DNA of 64,000 nt from Chiloscyllium plagiosum (lineage: Eukaryota). Each line of letters begins with the position of its first letter. The stretch's first letter is position 1. A model generated the notes under the pieces. It searched no databases and was not told the origin of the DNA. It saw nothing but the letters and a program-made list of their open reading frames with translations. Where the stretch lies: contig NC_057718.1 in NCBI RefSeq assembly GCF_004010195.1, forward strand, positions 31,357,622 through 31,421,621. The letters run 5' to 3'. Of this stretch, positions 12,706 through 23,835 are shown piece after piece. Both the position numbers and the translations under genes were made by a program.

Positions 12706-13057
12706 TGCAAAGGTTTTGCATTTTGTTGCAGATGGAGACAGCTTATTGAAAGATATTCACCACATCATTCTGAGATTGTAGGCAGTGTGTTGAAGCTGCA
12801 CTGGTTTAGGAGAAAAGGGAGCATGGGATCAAACAAGCAATTAGACACAACTAATCAGTGTAGAATTTATTTGACTAGATATGATCAAGTTTATCAATCA
12901 AGGATCAAACTAGTAAGTTGTTCAAAAAGTCATGACAGGGGTATTTAATGTCAGGACTTGATGGAGGATCAGTTTTGAATTTTATAATATAAACTGGATT
13001 TACATCATAGTTAGCAATGACCTCAGAGAATGGCTACAGAAACAAATAGCCCTAGGA
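12706..13057. repeat. Direct repeat copy 1 (~350 bp)
   Basis: Near-identical to 14176-14523, with scattered substitutions and two small indels by eye. Confidence 0.95.
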
Positions 13058-14175
13058 ATGATGATGGGACTTATCTATCATTGTTTTGGGAAATGGAACT
13101 TCCAACTGTCAGCACCGTCAGAGGAGACAACAGCTTTGTTTTTGAGAGATGTGTCAGCTGTAAACAAATTAGGAATGAGACAATCTTCAAAATATTCTGT
13201 GATTAAATTTTGCCTTATTCATTTTTTCATCCTCTTTGGAAAATTTCTATGTAAATTAATCAAACTGGGTTTAATTCCTTTGTGTAATTGAATGGAATAA
13301 ATGTGAAACATTTTATCAGACGTTAACTCACTTTTACATAATAAGCCTAATTCTTCTCTTTAAATGCACTTTGGCAAGAATCCTGACTATACTATGGTGG
13401 CTTACATCATGGAATTGTACAAAGTTGCAGCAAACCCAGATAGCTGGGTTTTGCTAGTCAGACTGATGGGTTTCATTTGAGCTAAATATTTTGTATATGT
13501 TTTTTGGAAAGCCTCTTGATCACTGATGGATGCATGTTATTTTCTGGCTGTCAACGTGCACCTGATATTGTGAGGGTAGCTCTGTGTTTCTTAATTTTTC
13601 TTCATAAGTTCTGATTCTGGCACATTCAATGGTTTCCTGTGTTTTAAATCTCTGGTCAAGTGTAATATTTTGATGAATGGATTGTCAGTAATATTTTCAG
13701 AAATGTACTTGTACATTTGAAGATCAACTACTAAACAGCTGTTTTAGAAGTTATATTATGGTTGCATCTTATATGATTTTATTTCTGTGACAAATGGTTG
13801 CAAATAATTTCAGTTTTTATTCACAATTTCTTTTTTTTTCTTGTGTAATAGATTCAAATATTTGAAACTAAAGCAAGAACTATGACTGCTTGAATCTATA
13901 TTATAAATACCTTTAAAACAATGATAACACTGCATGCCCATCTATTTTAAACAGATAAGGAAGGGGTCTCCATTGGTAACGTTGATTTGCAGTTTTTCTC
14001 TCAGACACTACAGACCTTGTAGTGTATTTCCCCAAGTGGAATTATATGGGACTGGAATGACATCAGCTTTGATGATATTTGTGGCAGAATCAGATAAAAA
14101 GTCCAACAAGGCATATCTTGACAACTATGCTTTGGAAAAGATGAGTGGCTAATTTCTCAAGAAACAGTTGTCAAT

Positions 14176-14523
14176 TGTAAAGGTTTTGCATCTTGTTGCA
14201 GATGGAGACAGCTTATTGAAAGATATTCGCCACATCATTCTGAGATTGTAGGCAGAATGTGTTGAAGCTGAACTGGTTTAGGAGAAAAGGGAGCATGGGA
14301 TCAAACAAGCAATTAGACACAACTAATCAGTGTAGAATTTATTTGACTAGATATGATCAAGTTTATCAATTAAGGATCAAACTAGTGAGTTGTTCAAAAA
14401 CTCATGACAGGGATATTTAATGTCAAGACTTGATGGAGTTTTGAATTTTATAATATAAACTGGATTTACATCATAGTTAGCAATGACCTCAGAGAATGGT
14501 TACAGAAACAAATAGCTCTAGGA
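14176..14523. repeat. Direct repeat copy 2 (~350 bp)
   Basis: Near-identical to 12706-13057. Confidence 0.95.
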
Positions 14524-14639
14524 TTATTTCTTGTTAAATGCCTTTTTTGGTGGACCAAGTCACCCAATTTATATTTAGCTTCCTATCCAATCAAATGAGC
14601 CGAACAATGAAAAGTCAAGAAAACTTGACATGGAAGTCA

Positions 14640-16560
14640 AAGTAGGTAACTGGCAGACTCAGGTCACCAGTTGCTCCGAAGCACATTCATGTGACATCTA
14701 GCCAAATTGCAACTCAGAGTACAATCCATGGGCAGCAGCCATGTACACTCATTATCCATCAGCAATGGCATCCAGCATTTGCCAAGTTTCTATGATCATC
14801 ATGAGAAGGGCTACCACGAAGGAGATTTGGATGTTTGGAGGCTCGCTACATGTTGGGGGAGAGGCTACAAGCCACTGGCTGAAGAGTGCTCACTGTCATC
14901 TTTCATCTTGCCAGAAATTGAAAGTGTGCAATGGGGAAGAAGACCACAATTGGAGAGGGCAGGTAAGTGACTCCATTTTTAGGCCTTTTGAAGGAATTAA
15001 CATTACCCACAGACCCATGTATAGTGAAGGACACAGAACTGTGAGGTTCCTATGCCCCAGCCATATTAATATCCCTTTATTTATGTTGCATCTCCTTGCC
15101 ACAGAGTAAACAACTCAGAAACCAACCCATTCACACCTACTCTTTCAGACTTCAAAGAAGAAGGAACATTGGATAAGGAGGGTCAGATATCTCAGCAGCA
15201 CCATAACCCCATGTTCGTCTTCCAGGTGATGCTTTAGGCTCTCAACAAAAGGCCTCCATCTATGGAACATTGTCTGTGCCAATGAAGTGATGCTGCATGC
15301 TGTAGAAATGACATTTGGACCTGAGTAGAGAAGCCAACAATCAGATGTAAGGGGAAATTAGTGACTTTGCAAAGTGTAAAATTATATTCAGTGCAAAGTC
15401 ACCCATGTGACCCAAAGTGCCCTCATAAAGTCTTCTTCCATTCCCTTCCACTAACTCTTATTCTACTGCCTGGTTCTGCAGTTTGGGTAGAGGGATCCAT
15501 CCATTAGGCAAAAGTGAGGACTGCAGATGCTGGAGATCAGAGTCAAGATTAGAATGGTGCTGGAAAAGTACAGCAGGTCAGGCAACATCCGAGGAGCAGG
15601 AAAATTGACTTTTTGGGCAGGACCCTTCATCAGGAATGAGGCTGGAAGCTTTGGGGGGGGTGGAGAGATAAACGGGAAGGGGTGGGGCTTTGCACAGGAC
15701 AGGATTCTTTTCCCATCAGAGTTGAGGAGCTTAATGGCACCTCCCTATCTGTACAGGCTCTCAATGTCTGTTATGGGTTGTCTTCTCCCGAAATGAAAGA
15801 ATGGTAGGGATTGAGTGAAACAAAGGTAGATTACATGGTAGTTAGTGTTGGTGGGCAGTGAAGTGTTCTGAGGTTGTGAGTAGGCTACACCGAGGTCATG
15901 CAGTGTGACTGAAGAGGGATTTTGTTGAGTGTTAGAGTGAGTGAGGGAAAATGGCACAGTGAGAGTGGCCTAGCATGAGCTTTGGTGATAGGAAGGAACA
16001 GTAACAGAGATAGAGTGATTGTGAGATATCAAAGAGAAGAATGTGTCACTCACTTTGGCATGGTAGAGAAGGTCATTTACCTTCGTATGACTTTGCTGAC
16101 CATTCCTCCAATGGAGACTGCATTGAGTCTGCACTGACCTAGGAGGCAACCTTGGAACAAGCTGCCAGGTGTTATCTCCTCTGAAATCCTCCAGGAAGAG
16201 GACAGCCCTCCTCTGCACCACCCTGTTGACCAGGATCCCATGTTCAAAATCTGTTTGTGATGAAGTGGACAGCTTCAGAAAGCCAATGTTTATCTGGGTT
16301 TACTGCAGCCTTTCAAATATGGCACTGGAACAAGGGGTGCTGGAGTTTCACAGATATCCAATGAGTGATGACTTGTTCTGGGAATGGCGTGTAGTAAGAT
16401 GGGGCTAGAATCAAACATGATACATTCCAGGGGCAGGGTAGGTAGTTAATTTGGTGAGTTTGGTAAATTAGGTGAAATAACAGTAGTATCCCTCCAATAA
16501 ACTTGCACAGGTCAGAGTTGGTTCAAAAAGTGTAACATTCAGCACTGAATACTTCCTATT
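14640..16560 (-). mobile_element. Decayed PIF/Harbinger transposon remnant with Myb/SANT-like ORF fragment (core ~16050-16230)
   Basis: ORF 15970..16221 reads VQRRAVLF.ED.R...VSA-like...RNGQQSHTKVNDLLYHAK and matches the Myb/SANT-like pattern RR.VLFP...RT..QCRKK.NDL. It is followed by a gtgagt donor. Outer limits are approximate. Confidence 0.55.
15506..15688 (-). mobile_element. PLE pseudo-LTR fragment inserted in the Harbinger remnant; hammerhead GAAA box mutated
   Basis: ggcaaaagtgaggactgcagatgctggagatcagag...cccttcatcaggaatg is the reverse complement of the pLTR seen at 10779-10862 and 17868-17996. Confidence 0.85.
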
Positions 16561-16658
16561 TTGCAACTCTACTACTTGATGACATAAAAACTTTGCCAAA
16601 TTAAGCACGTGCAACAACAATACTTAAATGTTCCAATTCGATTCATACGAGAAGACTT

Positions 16659-16996
16659 GGGGTGGCACGGTGGCTCAGTGTTTAGCACTGTTACTTCACA
16701 GCGCCAGGGGCCCAGGTTCAATTCCAGCCTCAGGTGTGGAGTTTGCACATTCTCCCCGTGTCTGTTTGGGTTTTCTGTGGGTGCTCTGGTATCCTCTTAC
16801 AATACAAAGATGCCCAGGTTAGGTGAATTGGCCATGCTAAATTGCCCAAAGTGTTTATGGATGCGTAGGCTAGGTGCATTAGTCAGGGGCAAATATAGGG
16901 TAGAGGAATGCGTCTGGGTGAGTTACTCTTTGGAGGGTTGGTGTGGACTTGTTGGGCTAAAGGGCCTGTTTCTACACTGTAGGAATTCTAATTCTA
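16659..16996 (+). mobile_element. HE1-type V-SINE, near full length
   Basis: A-box tggctcagtg and B-box ggttcaattcc, V-domain tgtggagtttgcacattctccccgtgtctg, and a CR1/HER1-derived 3' tail gggcctgtttctacactgtagg. Confidence 0.92.
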
Positions 16997-17798
16997 GTCA
17001 CTGATAATTTTTTATTATCATTACTTGATATTACAGAAATGATATTTCTTAGCTATTGCTTCATTTGAGTCATATTGTGTTTGTGATTGTGCAGTGGAAA
17101 TTAATTGAATATTTTAAAGAGCATAACTTATTTATCTGAATCTGTTGAAAGTTTTAACTTGTTGAAATATATTCTGTTGAAAAGTACTGTTTTATCTTCT
17201 GAAGAATTAGCTTAGAAGTTTTGATGTTGCAAGTATTTGGGGATTATTTGGTAGCAGTTACAGTAAGAAAATGAGATAATTACTGACTTTGCAAAATAGC
17301 ATGTCAGAGAAAGTATATTTGAGTTTTTAAAAATACAAACAGAAGGAAAGGTAGAGCAAAGAGATAGACATGAAGTGATTCACATATTGAACTCACTGGA
17401 TATGGGTAATTCATTCCGTTCCAAATCTGTAATTTTGTAATTCATTTCTTTTTAGGGAAATAAATTTTGCAATTTTTAAGAGTAAGGCAAATGAGAATCT
17501 CTACTGAGAAGCTAATAAACAGACCTAAAGTTATTTTACTTCAAAGAGCGATTGGCGTTTGTTTGAGAGGTGATCATATCAAACAATTTGTGTCCTCTTT
17601 TCTGAATTTCTTGCCAATAAAAAGTCGACAGTTGGATTGTTCATGGGTTTAAATTGATCATTTGGTTTCTCAGAACAAATGGGAAGTTTGGGTATTGGAG
17701 GTAGTTAATTTGATTCTCTACCTGAGACATCCCATGTCTTGCTGCATTGTAATGGGGATATATTGCAGGTAAGTTTTTGTTTGGTTGAGTTTAACCTG

Positions 17799-17996
17799 GA
17801 AAAGCACAGCAGGTCAGGCACATCCGAGGAGCAGGAGAATCGATGTTTCAGGCATAAGCCCTTGATTCTTGATGAAGGGCTTATGCACTAAACATCGATT
17901 CTCCTGCTCCTCGGATGCTGCCTGACCTGCTGTGCTTTCCCAACACCACACTCTCGACTCTGACCTCTAGTATCTGCAGTCCTCACTTTCTCCTAG
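17799..17996. mobile_element. PLE-derived mini hairpin insertion (two opposed pLTR pieces)
   Basis: 17799-17864 is the reverse complement of ~17875-17940. A perfect 10-bp flanking duplication gtttaacctg lies at 17789-17798 and 17997-18006. Confidence 0.9.
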
Positions 17997-18210
17997 GTTT
18001 AACCTGTACAATCTTTCAATCAGATTGAATCAGATAGTTGGAGCCTGGGAACAAAGTGCACCCGCAGCAGCTCAGATACTAACACTTCAGTGGGAAAAAA
18101 TGTTAGTCTTAGAAGATTAGGAGCCAGTGGTGTCAGCAATCAGGGACTTCATCCACACACACAGTGAGGAACAGAAGGGACAGACAGATAGCAGATAAGA
18201 AACAAGCATA

Positions 18211-19103
18211 TGTTACGGTAGTAGTCAAATTTAACTATCAATTTTTGACTTCCATCAACTGTTTTCTAATACCTGAGATCTTTCAAAGATGCATGTTTTT
18301 AGAAAAGAAAAACATTCATTTAAATTGGCTCCAGTGATCACTTGACCACAAGTTTTACCAGCTCTCAAAACTATCAGTAAACAATAATGGCTTGAGAATG
18401 ACATCAACATTATTGTCAAAACACATAAACTCAGATCAGTGTCTCTTGTTTAAGTTATATCTTTGCAGATAATTTCACATCCTGGAGATGAAAGTTACTT
18501 GCAAATTATCCAGTTAAGAAAAGCAACGAAGCCAGACCCAGGAACGCACAATTTAACTGTATTTCAAGTAGCTAATTTTGGACAAAGCAGAGAGTGGAAG
18601 AGCTGGATTTATAGCAGCAAAACTGGAAGATTCTCCCATCCTGTTTCCCCTTGGGGTCTCTGAAGGCAACACATGGAGAGAAACAAATTAGTGAAATGTC
18701 CATTCACCAAGAAAACAAGTTATCTAATAACTTCACTGATTGAGGTACAAATCAACAATTAAACAACCATCTCAGGCAAAACGTAACACCTGAAAGGCTC
18801 TAAGGATTTTAAAATTGCATTATTCTTTTGTCTTTCTGTACCAGGCACTCTACCCTTTTTAAACCTCATACATGAATCTTTGGGTGTGTATTTGATGTTG
18901 CATTATGTTTGAGGTTAGTAAGTAATAAAATTCCTCTTCCTTTCAAGAAAACCTTTTCATTGACTCCTTAATTTTGAACTAGTGAATATCATTTTGATTT
19001 AACAGTGATATAGCTGCACGCTAAAAGGAATTAAAAATCTTTGTTGTACGAACTGAGGTGGTCAAAAAGTAGGGAATCTATTTACCCTTCCTCACCTGTA
19101 GCA
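18211..19103 (+). mobile_element. Solo LTR-like element
   Basis: Begins TGTTACGG and ends ...cttcctcacctgtagCA, with AATAAA at ~18924 and a U5-like T-rich stretch. Resembles a common shark LTR family from memory. No TSD is visible. Confidence 0.5.
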
Positions 19104-19499
19104 CCTCTCCTTTACTTAGTTAAATAGGACTAATTCTCAATCAGAATTTTTCTTCCCACAGACATTTTTCTTTGATGCCATGATTTTTAGAAATTCTTCT
19201 TAATTTTTTTTAGAAATTAGTAGAAAGTTATTAGCACTTTTCAGCTTTTTTTGTTTTGCCCAATGTACGTTTCTTTCCCCTCAATATTTCTGTTTCAAAT
19301 GAGTACTGAAGAGTACATAAGGATACTGACTTCCAAGAATCCAACTGTGCAGCAAAGGAATTACACACAAGTTAATGTTCATGTTCCAAGTTAACCATTA
19401 GATAATGAATTGTAACAGATCCAGATCAAAACCTCAATCCTACCATTAACTAACGTTTCTGCAACTTGTTTCAATTTCTCTCCTCTCTTCAAACCAACA

Positions 19500-21600
19500 T
19501 CCTGCAAAGCCATCCTGTGTCTGACACAGCCGAAAAATGAAAGGTCAGCCAAGAATCGTGGCCCTATCTGTGGGGAGTAGTTTGTCACAAATTCTTCCAT
19601 ATTCACCTCTCCTCCAATCATGACTGACCTTTTTTTACTCCGTTCCTGGCACACTTTGCTTTTAATTGCTCAGTGCTGTTTGACCCATGAAGGACCCATA
19701 GTATAAAAGTTCTGCAGAAGTGATCTTATCCTTATTTTTGCCTCCCCTTTGGGTTATCATCATTTTGTTTTGAGAGCAAATTTGTCTGCTGCAGTTTTAT
19801 ATTTTGAAACATGATGAGAAGACTTTGAGCAGTCTTGAGTCGAGCCAAATGCCACAGAAGTTCAGTTGATTGAAATGTCTGACCACGAACCATCATTATT
19901 GCAGCTTTAAAAAACCCACTGTTACGATTTCATTACTGATATCAAGTCTTGACATCATGCAATTTCCAATCAGTTTGTCCCTAAGCATCATTTTGTAATA
20001 TGGAAAACTTACTTAATGATAATAAAAGACAACAGTCTAGATTCCACTATCCTTAGCAGGTTTATGTTGAGGTGAGACTTCTAACCTGTAATATACCAGT
20101 AAGCAACTCAAGTTACCTTAGAAGTGCCTAAGGGCCTAATTAATTATGCAGAGTTAGATGCTAGTGATAAAATTACTGGTTATTGGTTTACCACCACTGC
20201 GAGAAAGGGAAATTGAATTCTGATTGAGGATACTGAAACTGATTAAAGTGCCACACAGTTATCACTGAAAGTAGCAACTGAAAAGACTGAAGAAGGAGCT
20301 GCAATTTGGGAGAGAGTTCAGTCTCAGGAAGGGTTCTTGGGTTTTCTGATTCATTTGTTGATGTATTATCAGTAGAACAAGGGGGTAGTACTCTGGAAAT
20401 TTAAACAGTAAGCCTCATGAAATACTGGTTTGAAGATTAAAAGCAAAGATCACTCAGGCAGTATATGTAACCCCCAACATCTCAAGAAAAACTATGCTAC
20501 AGTTAGAGATTCAGTGATCTCACAAGCTTAATCAAAATGAATGAAAACAATATTCCCTGTGCTGAAGCTTCCCTCTGACCAGTCATTTCCCCTCAATAAG
20601 ATGAACTGGGACTTGGGAAACCTGCATTATTCACAAGGAGTGTCTGCCATCAATGTTGTGTCTTTTTGATTGCATATCATGGTGTGAACTCACACGGCCT
20701 ATCTTGAGTGTGTTTAAAGACAGTCTGTGCGTACAAGCATTAGAACCATGGGATAGATGTAGACCCCTGGGTGAAAAGAAGTGGGAATGATGGTCAGTTT
20801 CCTTCAACACTTTGTTAGTCCTTTGCTGTTGAAATGGTTGTTATCATCTGTGCAAAAGAATTACAATTAGAGGAGGAATACTAATGCTCAAAACACTAAG
20901 TGCAGCTGCGAAGGGAAATTTGCAGTTTGCAAGTTGACAAACTGGTGAAACTGCAGAAGATATAGAAATATGAGGCATGGTGATTGAAGTAACTCCACAA
21001 AGGTAGGTATCCTGTCACCAAGTCACACTTTATTTACACGGTGGCGCATAGTACATGGCACTGATCCAGCCCGCTCAAAGTCAGCTCATGATGTGAGTAA
21101 AACCCCTGACACTCCTGTTTATATCTGTTAGCTAGGATTCCCTGATTCCAGCTGTTACTTAGTCCAATCATTATATGCAGTCCGCCTGGCTGACTTTATC
21201 CGATCATTATAGTGATAAGATCAGAAGTGTGTGGGCACAGCAAAGGACACAATAGTTATTTAAGTTCCATGCGATTCTCAACAAAATAGCAATAGCTACT
21301 CTCTCAACTTTTATTGCTTCAAGGTCACCTGAAAATTTGTAAGCTCAAGAAATTTTACTTGATTTGAGATCCGTGAGGATACGTACAAGAAGAAGCAGCC
21401 AGTGTCTCAGAAGAGCAGTTAGGCTTATATATATCCATAAGTCTTGCCCTTTGCCCCGGTTGCAGTACAGGATCCTGTTTGCTCCAGCACCAGCCCAGCC
21501 ATATCCATTCAATAGCAATATTTAGTTAGTCAGAATCAATGACATTCCAAGTACAACTGAAAAGAAGACTCTGGAAATAGGAGAAGGGGAGAGCGTAATC
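19500..21600 (+). mobile_element. Very decayed Ty3/Gypsy pol remnant (RT, RNase H, integrase)
   Basis: Motif traces in the expected order across frameshifts: ICGE*FVTN (ICGDYKxTVN, ~19566), THEG..YK (~19683), HDE.RL*AVLSR (~19810), KKNYATV and SDQSFPL (RNase H, ~20490-20590), KELTI.GGILM...LRREI...W* (integrase Zn region, ~20855-20985). Confidence 0.55.
20985..21211 (-). mobile_element. Gypsy-type solo LTR with 5-bp TSD
   Basis: On the minus strand it has a TATAAA box (gatataaacagg), AATAAA and a ...gttacttCA end. GTGAT flanks both sides (20980-20984 and 21212-21216). Confidence 0.85.
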
Positions 21601-22274
21601 CCAGTTTAAAAGATCAAGAAAAATGCCATTGGCTGGCCAGCTGAGAAATGCAGTCCTCAAAGGTGCCTCAGAGTAGTAAATTATCATGCATAGACAGTGA
21701 GAATGATGTTAGTTCCATAATTAAGATGATGGAGACCTTCAGCTGTATGAGCAATTCATTGCATGAATTCTCTCTTGAGTTGTAAAACACATCAAAGGAA
21801 ATGACAGCTCGTGAAAGGTTTCTATAGGAAGAAAGGGTATCAAAAGGCATTTCGAATCATACGTTCACTTCCTACAGAAGGGTGAAGCACCATCATCTGA
21901 GAAATGTTTTGGCGATAAAACCCAAAGATTATTCTCTCAGTCTTTAAAATCTGTATACTAGGCGTCCGTGTGTTGAAGTAAATTCTCATCCTTCTCCTTT
22001 TCATAGTGCAAGAAGACGGGCCGTCCCATTGAGAAATCCATTTGCCTAGTCCATTAGTACCTTTCTCAGGTACTATTAAAAACTGTTAGGCTACAGAAAG
22101 ATTCTACGTCAAGTTAAACAATCTAAAATGACCTTTTAGATGCTGCAGCTGTTCAGTGACAGAGCTCTGCTGTTTATGTTGCTTCTTATGTGGTGATGGT
22201 TCTCTGGAAGGTAATTTTATATGCAGATGTTTCAGGGCAATTGTGTGGGTCCATTGGACACAAAGAGCTGAGGT

Positions 22275-22465
22275 GTTCTTTTGGTGGTGTCCTTCTCCTT
22301 GAATGAGGAGACCTGGGTTCAGGTCCCTCTTGCTTCAGAGTTGTGTAATAAACATCTCTGAACAGGTTGATTGGAAAATGTCTGGACACACGCACACCGC
22401 CTCCATTTGCAGGGGCCAGGCGTGTACCAGTGCCATCTGGTGATCTAATTCAGCAAATATTTTAA
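22275..22465 (+). mobile_element. Old tRNA-derived SINE-like fragment
   Basis: ggtggtgtcc...gagacctgggttcaggtccc has A/B-box-like spacing. Family not assigned. Confidence 0.4.
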
Positions 22466-22939
22466 GTGTCATTTTATGAGGCAGTGTGTGACAACAAGAA
22501 ACAAATTATGCCATTTTACTTTAACTTGCATATCGCCTTAGTCGGAAAAGGGGTAGATTTCCAAAGGAACTTTCAGGTCAATATATTAAATGAAATATCA
22601 TGCAGAAAGTTATTCCCTCTAGCAGACAGTATAGAATGTTTACTATGTGGATTCTCCTAAATTAATTTAGGCCCTGTCCTTCCTGGTGCTACAAAGGGTG
22701 AAAAGTCTTGCTTCATTGGTGAGAAAGTACCACCTTCAAGATTTTGGACTTCACATCCATAAAAGGTCCCAACGGAACTCATATCATCTGAAAGTGAACG
22801 TCAATCACTTTGAATGCTTCTGTAGACATCTAAACTAAGATGCTCAATTCCTGACAGGATTGATTACTTCAGCAGTAGGATAAATTAGTCCTTCTTGAGC
22901 TGAAAACTCACAAAGATAATGTGTGGAATTTGCCACTCT

Positions 22940-23835
22940 CTGGCATTTGACAAGGTTCCTCATGGTAGACTGGTTAGCAAGGTTAGATTTCATGGAATAC
23001 AGGGAGAACTAGCCATTTAGATACTGAACTGGCTCAAAGGTAGAAGACAGAGGGTGATGGTGGAGGGTTGCTTTTCAGACTGGAGGCTTGTGACCAGCGG
23101 TGTGGCACAAGGATCAGTGCTGCGTCCACTGCTTGTTGGCATGGCTAATTCTCCTGACCTGCACATCTTTGGATTGGATTGTGGAAGGTAACCAGATCAC
23201 CTGAAGGAATCCCACGCAGACACAGGGATAATGCGCAAACTCCACACAGACAGTCGCTCGAGCCTGGAATCGAATCTGGGTCCCTGGTGCTGTGAGGCAG
23301 CAGGCTAACCACTGAGTCACCGTGTCACCTGTGTTGTGAAACTTGAAATGGTTCAGAAAAGATTTACAAGGATGTTGCCAGGGTTGGATGCTTTGAGCTA
23401 TAGGGAGAGGCTAAATAGCCTGGGGCTGTTTTCTCTGAAGCATTGGAGGCTGAGGGGTGACCTTATAGAGGTTTATAAAACCATGAGGGGCATGGTTAGG
23501 ATAAATAGACAAGGTCTTTTTCCCTGGAGTGGGAGAGTCCAGAACTAGAGGGCATCAGTTTAGGATGAGCGGGGAAGGGTATAAAAGGGACGTAAGGGGC
23601 AACTTTTTCACGCAGAGGGTGGTGCGTATATGGAATGAGCTGCCAGAGGAAGTGGTGGAGGCTGGTACAATGACAACATTTAAAAGGCTTGGATGGGTAT
23701 ATGAATAGGAAGGTTTTAGAGGGATATGGGCCAAGTGCTGACAAATGGGATTAGATTAGGTTAGGATGTCTCGGCATGTATAGGTTGGACCGAAGGGTCT
23801 GTTTCCGTGCTGTACATCGCTATGACTCTATGACT
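22940..23835 (+). mobile_element. CR1/HER1 LINE 3' fragment interrupted by an HE1 SINE, with deletion of the RT core
   Basis: Reads AFDKVPHGRL...GVAQGSVLRPLL up to 23135. It resumes at ~23330 with VKLEMVQKRFTRMLPGL (ORF 23336..23548) and ends in a tatgactctatgactc tail. Confidence 0.9.
23136..23329 (-). mobile_element. HE1-type V-SINE, 3'-truncated
   Basis: The reverse complement reads ggtgacacggtgactcagtggttagc...gattcgattccagg...tgtgtggagtttgcgcattatccctgtgtctgcgtggg. Confidence 0.9.

Noticed and set aside
16659..16730. tRNA gene-like A/B boxes (also at 53743 and 23260-23329)
   Set aside because: These are tRNA-derived heads of HE1 SINEs, not cloverleaf tRNA genes.
17674..17768. Plus-strand exon-like segment (ttctcag|...CAG|GTAAGT) with one open frame NKWEVWVLEVVNLILYLRHPMSCCIVMGIYC
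   Set aside because: No recognisable homology or partner exons. Such splice-like pairs arise by chance in 64 kb.
19104..19654. Retroviral env-like reading on the minus strand (HRMAL..., hydrophobic tail, purine tract next to the LTR)
   Set aside because: Overlapping DNA (from ~19500) is better explained as plus-strand Gypsy RT with ordered motifs, and the adjacent LTR's AATAAA indicates + orientation.
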